A DNA stretch of 64,000 bases from a virus (Duplodnaviria; Caudoviricetes). Below, piece by piece: positions 36,044 through 46,100 of the stretch; within the stretch, counting starts at the first letter, position 1; each line of letters begins with the position of its first letter. The stretch covers positions 1 through 64,000 of IMG/VR virus record IMGVR_UViG_2974796119_000001. One strand, 5' to 3'. A program made the position numbers and the translations under genes. Below the pieces are notes generated by a model. The model ran no database searches. It was given only the letters and a program-made list of their open reading frames with translations, and was not told the origin of the DNA.

Positions 36044-36592
36044 ATGATATACGTAACAGACAACTTCCTTCCAGAACAAGACTTTAAAAAACTACAAGAC
36101 TATTGCTATAGTAATGACTTTAAAATACACGATACAGGAGAAAAAGAATTTCTAGTGCTTCCAACTCCAAAAGAACTACTACCTCAACTAAAACAACAAG
36201 GACTTGAAATATCACTTTCTTTTATTAGAAAAGCACACAAAGATTTCGATACAGATTTAAGGATTCATTGCGATTCAATAATTAACGGTAAACAAACAGT
36301 AATGGCATCTGTTCTATACATTAACAAGGCAGAAGGTGTTACCCAAAACGGAACAAGATTCTATAACCATAAAATATATGGGCCTAAATTAGAAGCTGAC
36401 GATCCTAAAATTTTTGACGACCTTATTTCAAACCATAGCGAAATAAAAGAAAACTGGGAGCCTACAGATAAAGTTTACAGTAAGCCAAATAGATTACTTG
36501 TTTATGACGCATTAAAATTTCACAGTAAATGGCCTCAAGTAATTGAAGAAGGAGAAAGAATGGTGTTAGTAACTTTTTATACCGATAAATAA
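36044..36592 (+). CDS. 2OG-Fe(II) oxygenase-like protein
   Basis: YVTDNFL, HxD (IHCD), VLYIN, GTRFY, NRLLVYDA..FH, R-x-V-x-V-x-F. Confidence 0.85.
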   Translation: MIYVTDNFLPEQDFKKLQDYCYSNDFKIHDTGEKEFLVLPTPKELLPQLKQQGLEISLSFIRKAHKDFDTDLRIHCDSIINGKQTVMASVLYINKAEGVTQNGTRFYNHKIYGPKLEADDPKIFDDLISNHSEIKENWEPTDKVYSKPNRLLVYDALKFHSKWPQVIEEGERMVLVTFYTDK

Positions 36593-36705
36593 TGAAAAAA
36601 ATACCGACAAAAGAATTAAGATTTGAAAAAAGAAGAATCCCTTTAGAAGAAACAATTAAAATCTATGCAATTCATACATTGTTGGCAAATCGTTTTTATT
36701 ATTAA
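36592..36705 (+). CDS. 37-aa ORF ending in an attC-like core arm
   Basis: IHTLLANRF is encoded by ATACATTGTTGGCAA. Confidence 0.4.
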   Translation: MKKIPTKELRFEKRRIPLEETIKIYAIHTLLANRFYY

Positions 36706-37143
36706 TTAATTTTTAAGGTTTTAACTCCGCCGATTTTAAAAGTGAGTAATTAAATTCAAAATATTATGCAAACAGGAGATTTAATAGTGACGGTTCTTTG
36801 CGGGGTAATAGCTTTACTTATTATTTACGCCTTGCCGTTAATTATGACTGATGATTACGATTACCCAAGTGAAATTAGGTTTAAGTATTTAATTAGATTT
36901 TTAGATTTTTACTTGTGGATAGTTAGTTTTTTATTCGTAGTAGGTGGAACTTTAGGTGTCGGATTGATTTTTATAATAGCGTGCTTAGTTTTAATGCCAA
37001 TTGGTTTGTTTTTTGATTTTTCTTTTTTCGACTCAAAAGAAATGTTCTTAATAAATTTTTTCGGGGGTTATTATTATTTTGTGGTTGCCTACAGCATATT
37101 TAGGCATTCAAAATATTGCAAAATTAGGTAATGTTTGCCAACA
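36680..37143 (+). mobile_element. Gene-cassette-like unit bounded by complementary core/inverse-core sites
   Basis: TGTTGGCAAA (36680-36689) and TTTGCCAACA (37134-37143); the latter begins 3 nt after the ORF stop. Confidence 0.55.
36766..37131 (+). CDS. multi-pass membrane protein (cassette ORF)
   Basis: Very hydrophobic and T-rich, unlike neighbouring genes. Confidence 0.65.
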   Translation: MQTGDLIVTVLCGVIALLIIYALPLIMTDDYDYPSEIRFKYLIRFLDFYLWIVSFLFVVGGTLGVGLIFIIACLVLMPIGLFFDFSFFDSKEMFLINFFGGYYYFVVAYSIFRHSKYCKIR

Positions 37144-37188
37144 CCAAAATAAAAAGTCGTTTTAAAATAAATCAATAAAATAGAAATT

Positions 37189-37383
37189 ATGGCAAAATCA
37201 AAAAGAAGTATTAAAAGAAGAAAAAAAGTAAAAAGTAAACCTAAATACAACTCAATACACACAGAAGATAATTCTTTCGAAAAAGGATATATGAAAACTG
37301 ATGGAATGAGTAGGATTTGTAAATATGATAAAAACCACAACTTTTTAGGATACGCTACTGAAGAAGAATCTGAAAATTTTTAA
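37189..37383 (+). CDS. small basic hypothetical protein
   Basis: ORF track. Confidence 0.5.
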   Translation: MAKSKRSIKRRKKVKSKPKYNSIHTEDNSFEKGYMKTDGMSRICKYDKNHNFLGYATEEESENF

Positions 37384-37790
37384 AAGTTATAAACCATATT
37401 AGTCATGTTTTTATCCCCATAAATAAAACCATTATCTAAATACTTATTAATCAGGTGTTCGTTTTTAATCCATGAAAGGATAGTTACGGCACCTGCTTTT
37501 TTTGCTAATTCAATAATGCTTTTAATAGTGTAGTCAACAACTTTTTTTCTAGCTTCTTTATCCTTTATTTTTGGATTACTTATTATAAATTCCATTATAA
37601 ATACCTTACTAGCAGAAGTACTGTATAAAAAACCAGCACAAGCAGGTTCACCATTTACAGATATTAAAATACCATCTTCCATATTATCAGGTAAAGCAAC
37701 CCTTGGTACTGGAGTCCACCTCCAAAGCTTCCACCATTCTGCTAACATTTTATAATCTTCCTCAGTTAAATGTCTTAAAGTGTATTCCAT
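37380..37790 (-). CDS. GNAT-fold acetyltransferase-like protein
   Basis: LRHLTEEDY, PACAGFLY, MEFIISNP, LINKYLDNGF; minus-strand TATATTTG at 37805-37798. Confidence 0.75.
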   Translation of the reverse strand: MEYTLRHLTEEDYKMLAEWWKLWRWTPVPRVALPDNMEDGILISVNGEPACAGFLYSTSASKVFIMEFIISNPKIKDKEARKKVVDYTIKSIIELAKKAGAVTILSWIKNEHLINKYLDNGFIYGDKNMTNMVYNF

Positions 37791-37809
37791 ATACCTACAA
37801 ATATAGTCT

Positions 37810-37855
37810 AATTACTAACAATCTTAAATAATTAAACTCAAATGTAATATATTTG
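37810..37855 (+). promoter_or_regulatory. Late promoter
   Basis: AATTACTAACA + TATATTTG at 38 bp. Confidence 0.6.
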
Positions 37856-37888
37856 TTTTTAATATTAATTCCTTAAAAACAATATAGT

Positions 37889-38566
37889 TTGGCAGTAGTA
37901 ACAGCAAGTGTAATCGGAATAGGAACTTCTTTATACAAAACAGGTAGTGCTATAGCAGAAGGTAACAAAGCGCAAGATGCTATTGATGCTTTTAAACCAC
38001 AAGATTTAAGAAATCCTTATGCTGATTTAGCTATTGACACTACAGCAGCGGATCAACAAACAGCAGCTAATATTTCTAACGTAGCATCAAGTATAGATGC
38101 AGTGCAAAGAACTGGATCAAGAGGTGTTGCAGCAGCGGTACCAAGACTTACAGAGTCAAGTGCTATCATACAAGATAGAATTTCAGCAGATTTAACAAAA
38201 CAATCACAACGTAGAGACGAACTTATCGCTAGAGGTGAAGATAAAATACAAGACCTTCAAGAACAAAGAGAACGTGAAATACTTGCCGGATTAGGACAGA
38301 GATTAAATGTAGCTAGACAAGACTTAATAACAGGTGCTACAGGAGTTGTTTCTAACACTTTAGCTTTAGGTAGTGCTTTAGGCACTCCTGCTCAAACAGG
38401 TGTGCCAAGACCTGCAGCAACGACAGCATCAAGTTTAACCTCAGCAGGGCTTAGTACAGATTATATACAACCTGCTTCTAACTTAACACCCGCAGGATTT
38501 CAGAATGTTGGAACAGGACTACCTACAATTCCAGGAATAAATCCTTTATTACAAAACACATTTTAA
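37889..38566 (+). CDS. Internal virion/ejection protein (small, A/G/T-rich)
   Basis: Hydrophobic G/A-rich N-terminus plus coiled coil; TTG start. Confidence 0.65.
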   Translation: MAVVTASVIGIGTSLYKTGSAIAEGNKAQDAIDAFKPQDLRNPYADLAIDTTAADQQTAANISNVASSIDAVQRTGSRGVAAAVPRLTESSAIIQDRISADLTKQSQRRDELIARGEDKIQDLQEQREREILAGLGQRLNVARQDLITGATGVVSNTLALGSALGTPAQTGVPRPAATTASSLTSAGLSTDYIQPASNLTPAGFQNVGTGLPTIPGINPLLQNTF

Positions 38567-38572
38567 TATATT

Positions 38573-40108
38573 ATGGCAAACGGAGCAGCAGCAGCATACA
38601 AACAACTACAACCTATTAAGCCTATTCAAACTGGAGCTATAATAGAAGAGCATATTAGGTATTGGAAAAAATATGATGATGCTAAAGATGCAGCGGATAA
38701 AGCAAGAAAAGCTAAAGAAGCAGAAGCTTTAGGGAAACAAAAAGCAGAAGCTTTTAAATTGTATTCTGGATTAACTCCAGAAGAAAACCAAGGATTTTTA
38801 AATTCACAGATTATAGGTAATTTTGAGAAGCATAAAAGCGAATATGCTGAGTTGGCAAAAAAAGCATCAAGAGGTGATGTAGATGCAAGGCTTAAACTAC
38901 AAAATATAAAAAATAAAATTGACAACATAACCAAAGCTAATAAAGTTTATGGTGAAAAAGCAGTAGCATTAGCAAAACAAAAAGCAGAAGGAAATTATAA
39001 TGAATACATAGATAAGCCTATTGAAGATTTTGGTAATGCAACCAGTAAAGGAATGTACAAGGTTAACGATGATTGGAGTATGGATATGTATGACCCAACT
39101 TCTAATGAAGTGAAAAAAGTGCCTTCAGGAGCTTTGTTAAGTAATGAATACTTAAACGCTTCTTATAATAAAGCACCACAATTTCAAACAAATGGGCCTT
39201 TAATCGCAAAAACATTATTAGATACAGCAGACGGTCAAAAATTAATTGATTCTGACACAAAAGTAAAAGGAACTCGATTAGTTAAAAACTTATTCGCTCA
39301 AGACCCAACAGAAGCAATAAGTTGGTACGGTAAATACATGAAAGAGTTAGGTGTTGATTCTTATCAGCAAAAACCTTTTTCACAGCTTTCAGATTTAGAA
39401 GCAAATATTATTGCAGAATCATATTACAATCAAAATGTATTACCAAGAATACAAGAAGTAACTAAAGACACTACTTTAGATGATGCTAATAAAAAAGCAG
39501 CTTTAATCAATAAACAACTTGAGGCTAAAAAGAAAAGATTAGCTATTAGAAAATCCAACAGAAAAGATACTGCAAATATAATTACAGTAGCTACAAATGA
39601 AAAAGGAGATATTTTAAAGGGTCTACAGGCAGAATACCCAACAACAGCTATAAGCCCAGATTCAGAAATTTATATCGTAGGAAACAACGGTGTAAGCTTA
39701 AAAGATGTTAAAGGAGATAAAGAAACTGAAAGTACATTAACTAATTTAGTTATTGAATCTAATGGTGATGTTGTAGGTTTAGCTAAAAAAGTAGTTAAAA
39801 CACCAATAAGAGATTCAGAAGGCGATCTTACAGGTAAATTCGATGAAGAAATAGTAGATGAAGTAATTACTAATAAAAACGAGTTAAATAAGTTTGCTAC
39901 AATTATAGAAAAAGACAATGGTAAAAAGCATAAAAACTTAAAGCAGCTTGTTAATACTATGGCAAAAGCAAGAGCTGAAGTAGCACCTAAAGTTGAAACA
40001 ACTAGAGAAATAGTACAGCCAGAACAACCAACAACAAGAACAACAACTCAGGAAACTAAAGAAGCTAGAATCGCTAGAATGAGAGCAGCTATTAAAGGAG
40101 ATCAATAA
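38573..40108 (+). CDS. Internal virion/ejection protein
   Basis: 511-aa helical protein between the small and giant cargo genes. Confidence 0.6.
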   Translation: MANGAAAAYKQLQPIKPIQTGAIIEEHIRYWKKYDDAKDAADKARKAKEAEALGKQKAEAFKLYSGLTPEENQGFLNSQIIGNFEKHKSEYAELAKKASRGDVDARLKLQNIKNKIDNITKANKVYGEKAVALAKQKAEGNYNEYIDKPIEDFGNATSKGMYKVNDDWSMDMYDPTSNEVKKVPSGALLSNEYLNASYNKAPQFQTNGPLIAKTLLDTADGQKLIDSDTKVKGTRLVKNLFAQDPTEAISWYGKYMKELGVDSYQQKPFSQLSDLEANIIAESYYNQNVLPRIQEVTKDTTLDDANKKAALINKQLEAKKKRLAIRKSNRKDTANIITVATNEKGDILKGLQAEYPTTAISPDSEIYIVGNNGVSLKDVKGDKETESTLTNLVIESNGDVVGLAKKVVKTPIRDSEGDLTGKFDEEIVDEVITNKNELNKFATIIEKDNGKKHKNLKQLVNTMAKARAEVAPKVETTREIVQPEQPTTRTTTQETKEARIARMRAAIKGDQ

Positions 40109-43100
40109 TGGGAAAACAACAAACTCAACCAACATATTTAAGTCAAGAAGAATATGATAAAAAACTTGACACCGAAATATCTACTTTAATAGATCAAGAT
40201 TTTGGTGATGAAGATATAAAGCTATATGGTGAAGACTTTAAATCAAGATATGCCGTAAAAAAAAAAGACGAAGAAGTTACGTCACCAGATTTACAATTGG
40301 ATGGGGAAAAAGATGTTACCACTTCTACTTCGGTTGGAGATCAGTCGATTCCGACTAATGGGCCTACACCAGAAGATATTATTCAAGCTTTAAGAGATAC
40401 TGGATATACTGATGAACAAATTAAAGTTCAAAGAGAGTCAATGCAACAAGAACCTCTAGGAACTATAAAAGAACCTTTTAAATTCGAAAAGGAAGAACAA
40501 CCTTTAGCTGAAAGATCAGGTTTGCCCGGTTTTGAAGGTAAAGTATCAGCAGCAGAAGTAGATGTTGATGTATCAGAATTACAACCACAGATAAACTTTG
40601 CTCAAAAAGAAGAAAGTCTTAACGCATTTAAGCAATTAAAAGATAAAGGTGAAATATCTGAAGAACAGTATAAAAATTTCGAGAAGATAATAACCGATCC
40701 TACTAAGAAAAAAATAGCTGAATTTGAGAAGTTAAAAGAACAATACAATCCTCAAAGAATGATTGACTTAACTAATAAGTTTAAAGAATCAGGTGTTTTA
40801 TCTAATCAAGAAATAGGTTCTATAGATAAAGAAATAGATAGGAAACGTAGAGGCGATTTTACTTTTTTAGAAAAAGCAAAAATTGCGTTAAATTTCGATA
40901 GTGAAAGAAATATTAAAAACATTAATATAAACGACAGAAATTCAGTTGTAGCCAATGCGGTTCGCCAAAAGCAAGCGGACTTTATGAGTGGTTTAGATAA
41001 TGATGAAAGGTTGTTGTTTGAATCTTATTTAGTAAAAAGAAATGAAAAACTATCTGAATCTGTAAAAACCGCAGAGAATTTTAACGATAATATTGTTAAA
41101 ACAGCTTTACCAAGCGAAGTAAGTAAATTAAGAGCTTATGATGCTGAAATGTCTAAAATAACATCTAAACCTAGAAATCAACTTACTCAAGAAGATACAC
41201 AAAATTATAACGAACTATTAACCAAAAGAAAACAGCAGGAAGGTGTTATTAATTCATTAGGCGAGCAATACGAAGCGAACAGAAAAACAATGCTAGATAA
41301 TAGCGATGATTTAATGCAGTTTAATGATGAATTGGACTTAGCTAAAAGAGATTATAGTTTTTATACAAATAGAGTAAAAGCTATTGATAGAGGATTCCAA
41401 TTTTTAGTAGAAAATGCCGTTTCTTTTACCGGTAATACACTTGTTACAATAGCAAAAGAAGTTCCAAGAGTAAGATTAGCCGTTGGTGATGAGAAATTAC
41501 AAAAAGCCCAAGATATTTTTAACGCTTGGCAAATTAACATTGCAGAAACAAAAGAAAAGTTTGAAGCAGGTAAAGGTATTAGTAAAAGTTTTGCTGACGT
41601 AAAAGGTGTTAAAGATTTTGGAACCTATGTTGCTGATTTATTTACAGACCAAGTGCCAATTTTAGCAACAATATACGCAACAGGTGGAGCAGGATTATAT
41701 ACCGTTGCAGCATCTTCTGGAGGGGAAAGAACAGGGCAATTATTAAAAGAAGTAAAAGAGGGTAAAAAAGATTATACTCAGCAAGAAATAATCGGTAATG
41801 GGTTATTATATGCCGGTGGAGAATTTATTGGAGAAAGAATAACTTTAGGTATCATGAATGATTACCGTAGGTTACTAAACACGGTAAATAAATCTGGAGC
41901 AGCTAAAACATCTTTCAGAGAAGGGTTTAAAAATCAAATTAAAGGAACTATAAAAGGAGTATCTACAGCGAACAAAGAAGGTTTATCGGAAGTTTATACC
42001 GAGTTCTTTCAGTTATTAGCTGATAATGCTCAATTAGACGAAAAAAGGTCAAGCCAGTTCTTAGAATCATACGTAGGTGGTTTTGTAATGGGTAAAGGTA
42101 TGCACGTTGCAGGAACTATACCTAACATGGCTTTAGGTTCGTATAGTAAATATGCCAACAGACAGCAAGTAGAAAAAACTACAAGACAAATAAACGAGTA
42201 TCAAAAAGTAATAGCCAAAGGTGATTTAAGCGATGCTATAAAATTAACTTATCAGAAAAAAATAACTGACTTAATAAATAAAAACGAAAATACCATAAAC
42301 CAATCGGTAGATGCTATTCAAAATTTAGATTCAAGTCAATTAAAAGAAGTTACAGGTATTAACCAACAATTAATAGAACTTCAAAAAGCATTAGAAAAAG
42401 ATAATCCAAAAGAAGTTAAAGATGCTTTAGGAGCAGAGATAAAACAATTAAGCGATAGTAAAGATAAAATGTTATCAAGTCCTCAGGAACAATTAGAGGT
42501 ATTACCTGATAATGGAGTTGCATTAAAAGAAGAAGCTTCTAAAATACTTACAAAAGAAAAACAAGATTCAGGAGCAAAAGAGTTTAAAATATCTGACACC
42601 GAAATAGCTTTTAAAGCAGCAGAGCTTTTAAATAAACAAGAAACAGAGGATGCAGGTATAAAAGTAGAAAAACCTAAAAACGATGTTTCTAAAAGCACAA
42701 TGGATTTTGTTGAAGGCTTAGGTGTATTAAAAGATGTTTCTGCTTTTGTACCAAAATCAATAAAGGTAATTGTTGAAGACGCTAGTGCAATGATCGGTGA
42801 AACCGACAATGGAAACATATTTTTAGAAACAATTTATGTTCCAACAAAATCAAGAGGTCAAGGAAAAGCCAGTAAAGTACTAGATTCTTTAACCGAAAGA
42901 GCAGACGAACAAGGAAAAACTATTGAGTTGGTAGCAGCTCCAATGGACGCTACAACAGATTTCAATAAACTTGTAAAACTTTACGAATCTAAAGGTTTTG
43001 AAAAAGGTCCTAGATTCACAGAAGATACAGGTAACATGATAAGAAAACCTAAAACTGATGATGCTTTTTCAGGTATTGATATTGCGTTGGCAGAAGCCCC

Positions 43101-46100
43101 AACTGAGGTAGCTACAGAGGTGGTCGTTCCGGCCACCCCAACGCCTGTTAAAAGAACAACTGAATTTAAACCGGAAATTACAGTAGAAACAAAATCAAAC
43201 AACTATGATGTTTCTATTGTTAATGGAGAATTACAGATAAAAGCTAAACTTGGTGAGCCTAAAATTTCAACAAGTGAAAGGGCAAAAATAGTTAGTGAGT
43301 ACATTAATAATACAGATTTTTCAAAAGGACCAACAGCTAGTTTTGAAGGAAAAGGTAGTTTGTCAGATACTCAACAATCTCAGGTTATCGCTAATGAAAG
43401 TAACAATCCATTGGAAATTGCTCAAGAAATTGTACGCGTACAAAACGCATCTACTGAAAGAATACAGCAATTAGAAACGACAAAAGACGATGCTATTGCC
43501 AATGTGTTAAAGTCATACGCTTTAAATAAAGATGCTAAGAAAGAAGTAACCGATTTAGGTAGATATTACACAAATAAAGCTAATAAGCAAAAGAACCCTA
43601 TCAGTATTGATAAAGCAAGGGAATTAGCGCAAAGTGAATTAGGAGCAGAAGTTTCATTTCAAGAGGTTTTAGATTTCTTAGAAAACAACCCAAGTATTGC
43701 ACAATACAACGAAAGCTTATATGAATCAATTCCCGAAATAGCAGATTTAAAGAACAAGTTCAAAGAATTAACCGGATTAGAAGCTACAGATAAAATATTA
43801 AATAAAGTAGTAGAAAAACAAGGAGAAGTTACGGAAGAAACAACGGAAGAAACAACAGAAGATACTACTGATGAAGTTCCTTTTCAACTAGAAAGTAAGC
43901 AAACAAAAATTGCAGGAGCAGAATTAGGTGGACTAGTAAATAGATTAAAGAAAACTGGATTAGCTGATGATGTTAGAATATTATCGGATGCACAAGCACA
44001 AAAAATACTTTCAGAAATTAAATCTGGAGAAGCAGTTACTCAAACACCAAATGGGTTTATTTACAATAACATTGTTTACCTAAACAGAGCTAAAGTAAAA
44101 ATAGACACGCCTATACATGAGTTTGGGCATTTATGGAGCTATTATATCAAAGAAATCAATCCTGATGTTTATCAAAAAGGGTTAAACTTAATTGAAAATA
44201 GTGAATATCATAATGATATTAAAAACAACTCTTTGTATGATAATCTTACCGAAGAACAAAAACTTGAAGAAGCATTAGCACAAGCTATTGGTGAAAAAGG
44301 TGTTAAGATTTTAAATGAAGCTAAAAAATCTAAATTCTCTACCTGGTTCAAAAATTTATTCTCAAAAATTGCACAAGGATTAGGGTTAAGAAATATTTCT
44401 GGAAAACAATTATCAGAAATTACACTTGAAAAGTTTACAGATTTAGCAAGTGCTGAATTATTATCAGGAATTGAAATTGTAAAAGGAAAGGCCCCGAAAC
44501 CGACAAAAAGTGAAATTGCCGATGTAAACCAAATAGATGTTATCGTATCTGAAAGACAAGCTATCATAAAAGAACGTCAAAGATTAAAAGAATTAGTTAA
44601 TTCTAAGAAGACAGTTACCGAAGCTGTAAAAAAGGAACTTGTAAAATATATAAACTCGCAACTAGATAGCCAAAAGTTATCTCAGGCAGGTAAATCTGAT
44701 GTTACAAGACTTTTAAACACTGTTAGAGCAGCTAAGACTAAAACCAATTTATTAAGAGCTTTTGAACAGGTTAATGAAGTCTTCACTAAGTTGGAAAACA
44801 AAGTGTTATTCAAAGGAATAAACGATATACTTGACAAGAAACTTTCAAAAAAAGAAAGCGGTAGAAGAAAAGCTAATTTAGTTACTGAGGAGGTTGAAAC
44901 TATATTAAGAAGCGTAAAGGAAAACATTAAAAACATACCTAAAGACGTTACTGTTCCTGCAAAAAGAAGTACTAAAAACAGAATAAATGAATATTTAGTA
45001 GAGCTTTTTGAAAAACGAGACAGTATTTTATCAAAAGAAAATCAAACTGATTCTGATTATATAGAGCTAGAGTCTTTAGTTATATCTATTGATATTTTAA
45101 CTGGAATAACAGCGGAAAACTCAAATACTACTAATGAAAATTTTACTGAAAGTTTAGGTAATTTAGCTTCAATATATGAAAACGGAAGAAGTCAATTAAA
45201 AGAACTCAGAGATCAAAGAAAAGAACAAGACCAAGAATTAATAGACGATATAATTAATGATGTAAATCCGGAAGGAATAACTACCATAAAAACTGAAAAA
45301 GAAATTAACGCTGAAAGAAAAAAAATAACTAATGGATTAAATCGATTAATATTTAATGCAGGTTCAGGATGGTTTACAGGAAACCTAGATAGTATAATGA
45401 GTATCATTTCAAGAAGAACAGGTGAAAGCCCATTGACTAACCTTGTTAGTGAAATGAAGAGTAAAGAAACCGGTAAAAAAAGAAGAACTAATTTATTCTC
45501 AAATAGAGTAAATCAAGCTCAGGTGGATTTATTTGGTTCTTTAACAAAAGCAGATATAGCTTTAAATAAAATAAACGAAGTAACTGTTTCAAGACAAGCT
45601 GTAGGCACCGATATTAATACACCTAAATCTCAACAAGAATTGCCTTTTTCTAATTCACAGTTGTTGAATTTATGGATGAATAACCACAACTCTAAACTTC
45701 AAGCGGGATTAGAAGCAAATGGTTTTGACGCTAAGTTTTTTGAAAAGGTAAATAAAGTATTACCATTAAAAGTAAAAGAATACGGTGAATCATTATTTGA
45801 TATTTATGATGAATTACATATTGAAGCGGATCAAGTTTACAAAGAAATGAATTTTCACTCAATGGGTAAACAAGATTTCTATGCAGGAAAAGTTTACAGA
45901 AGTGATTTTGAAACAAAACCAGATGAATTAAAAATAGATTCAGGTAACTTCAGTATAAACAGCACAGGTTTTGGTAGCCAAAAAGAACGTACCGCAAATG
46001 ATAAACCTATTGAAGCTTCAGATGTAAACACACTTGTATTACGAGCTATTCAAGAAACTTCACATTATGTAGCTTTTGCGGAAGTTCATAGGAAATACGC

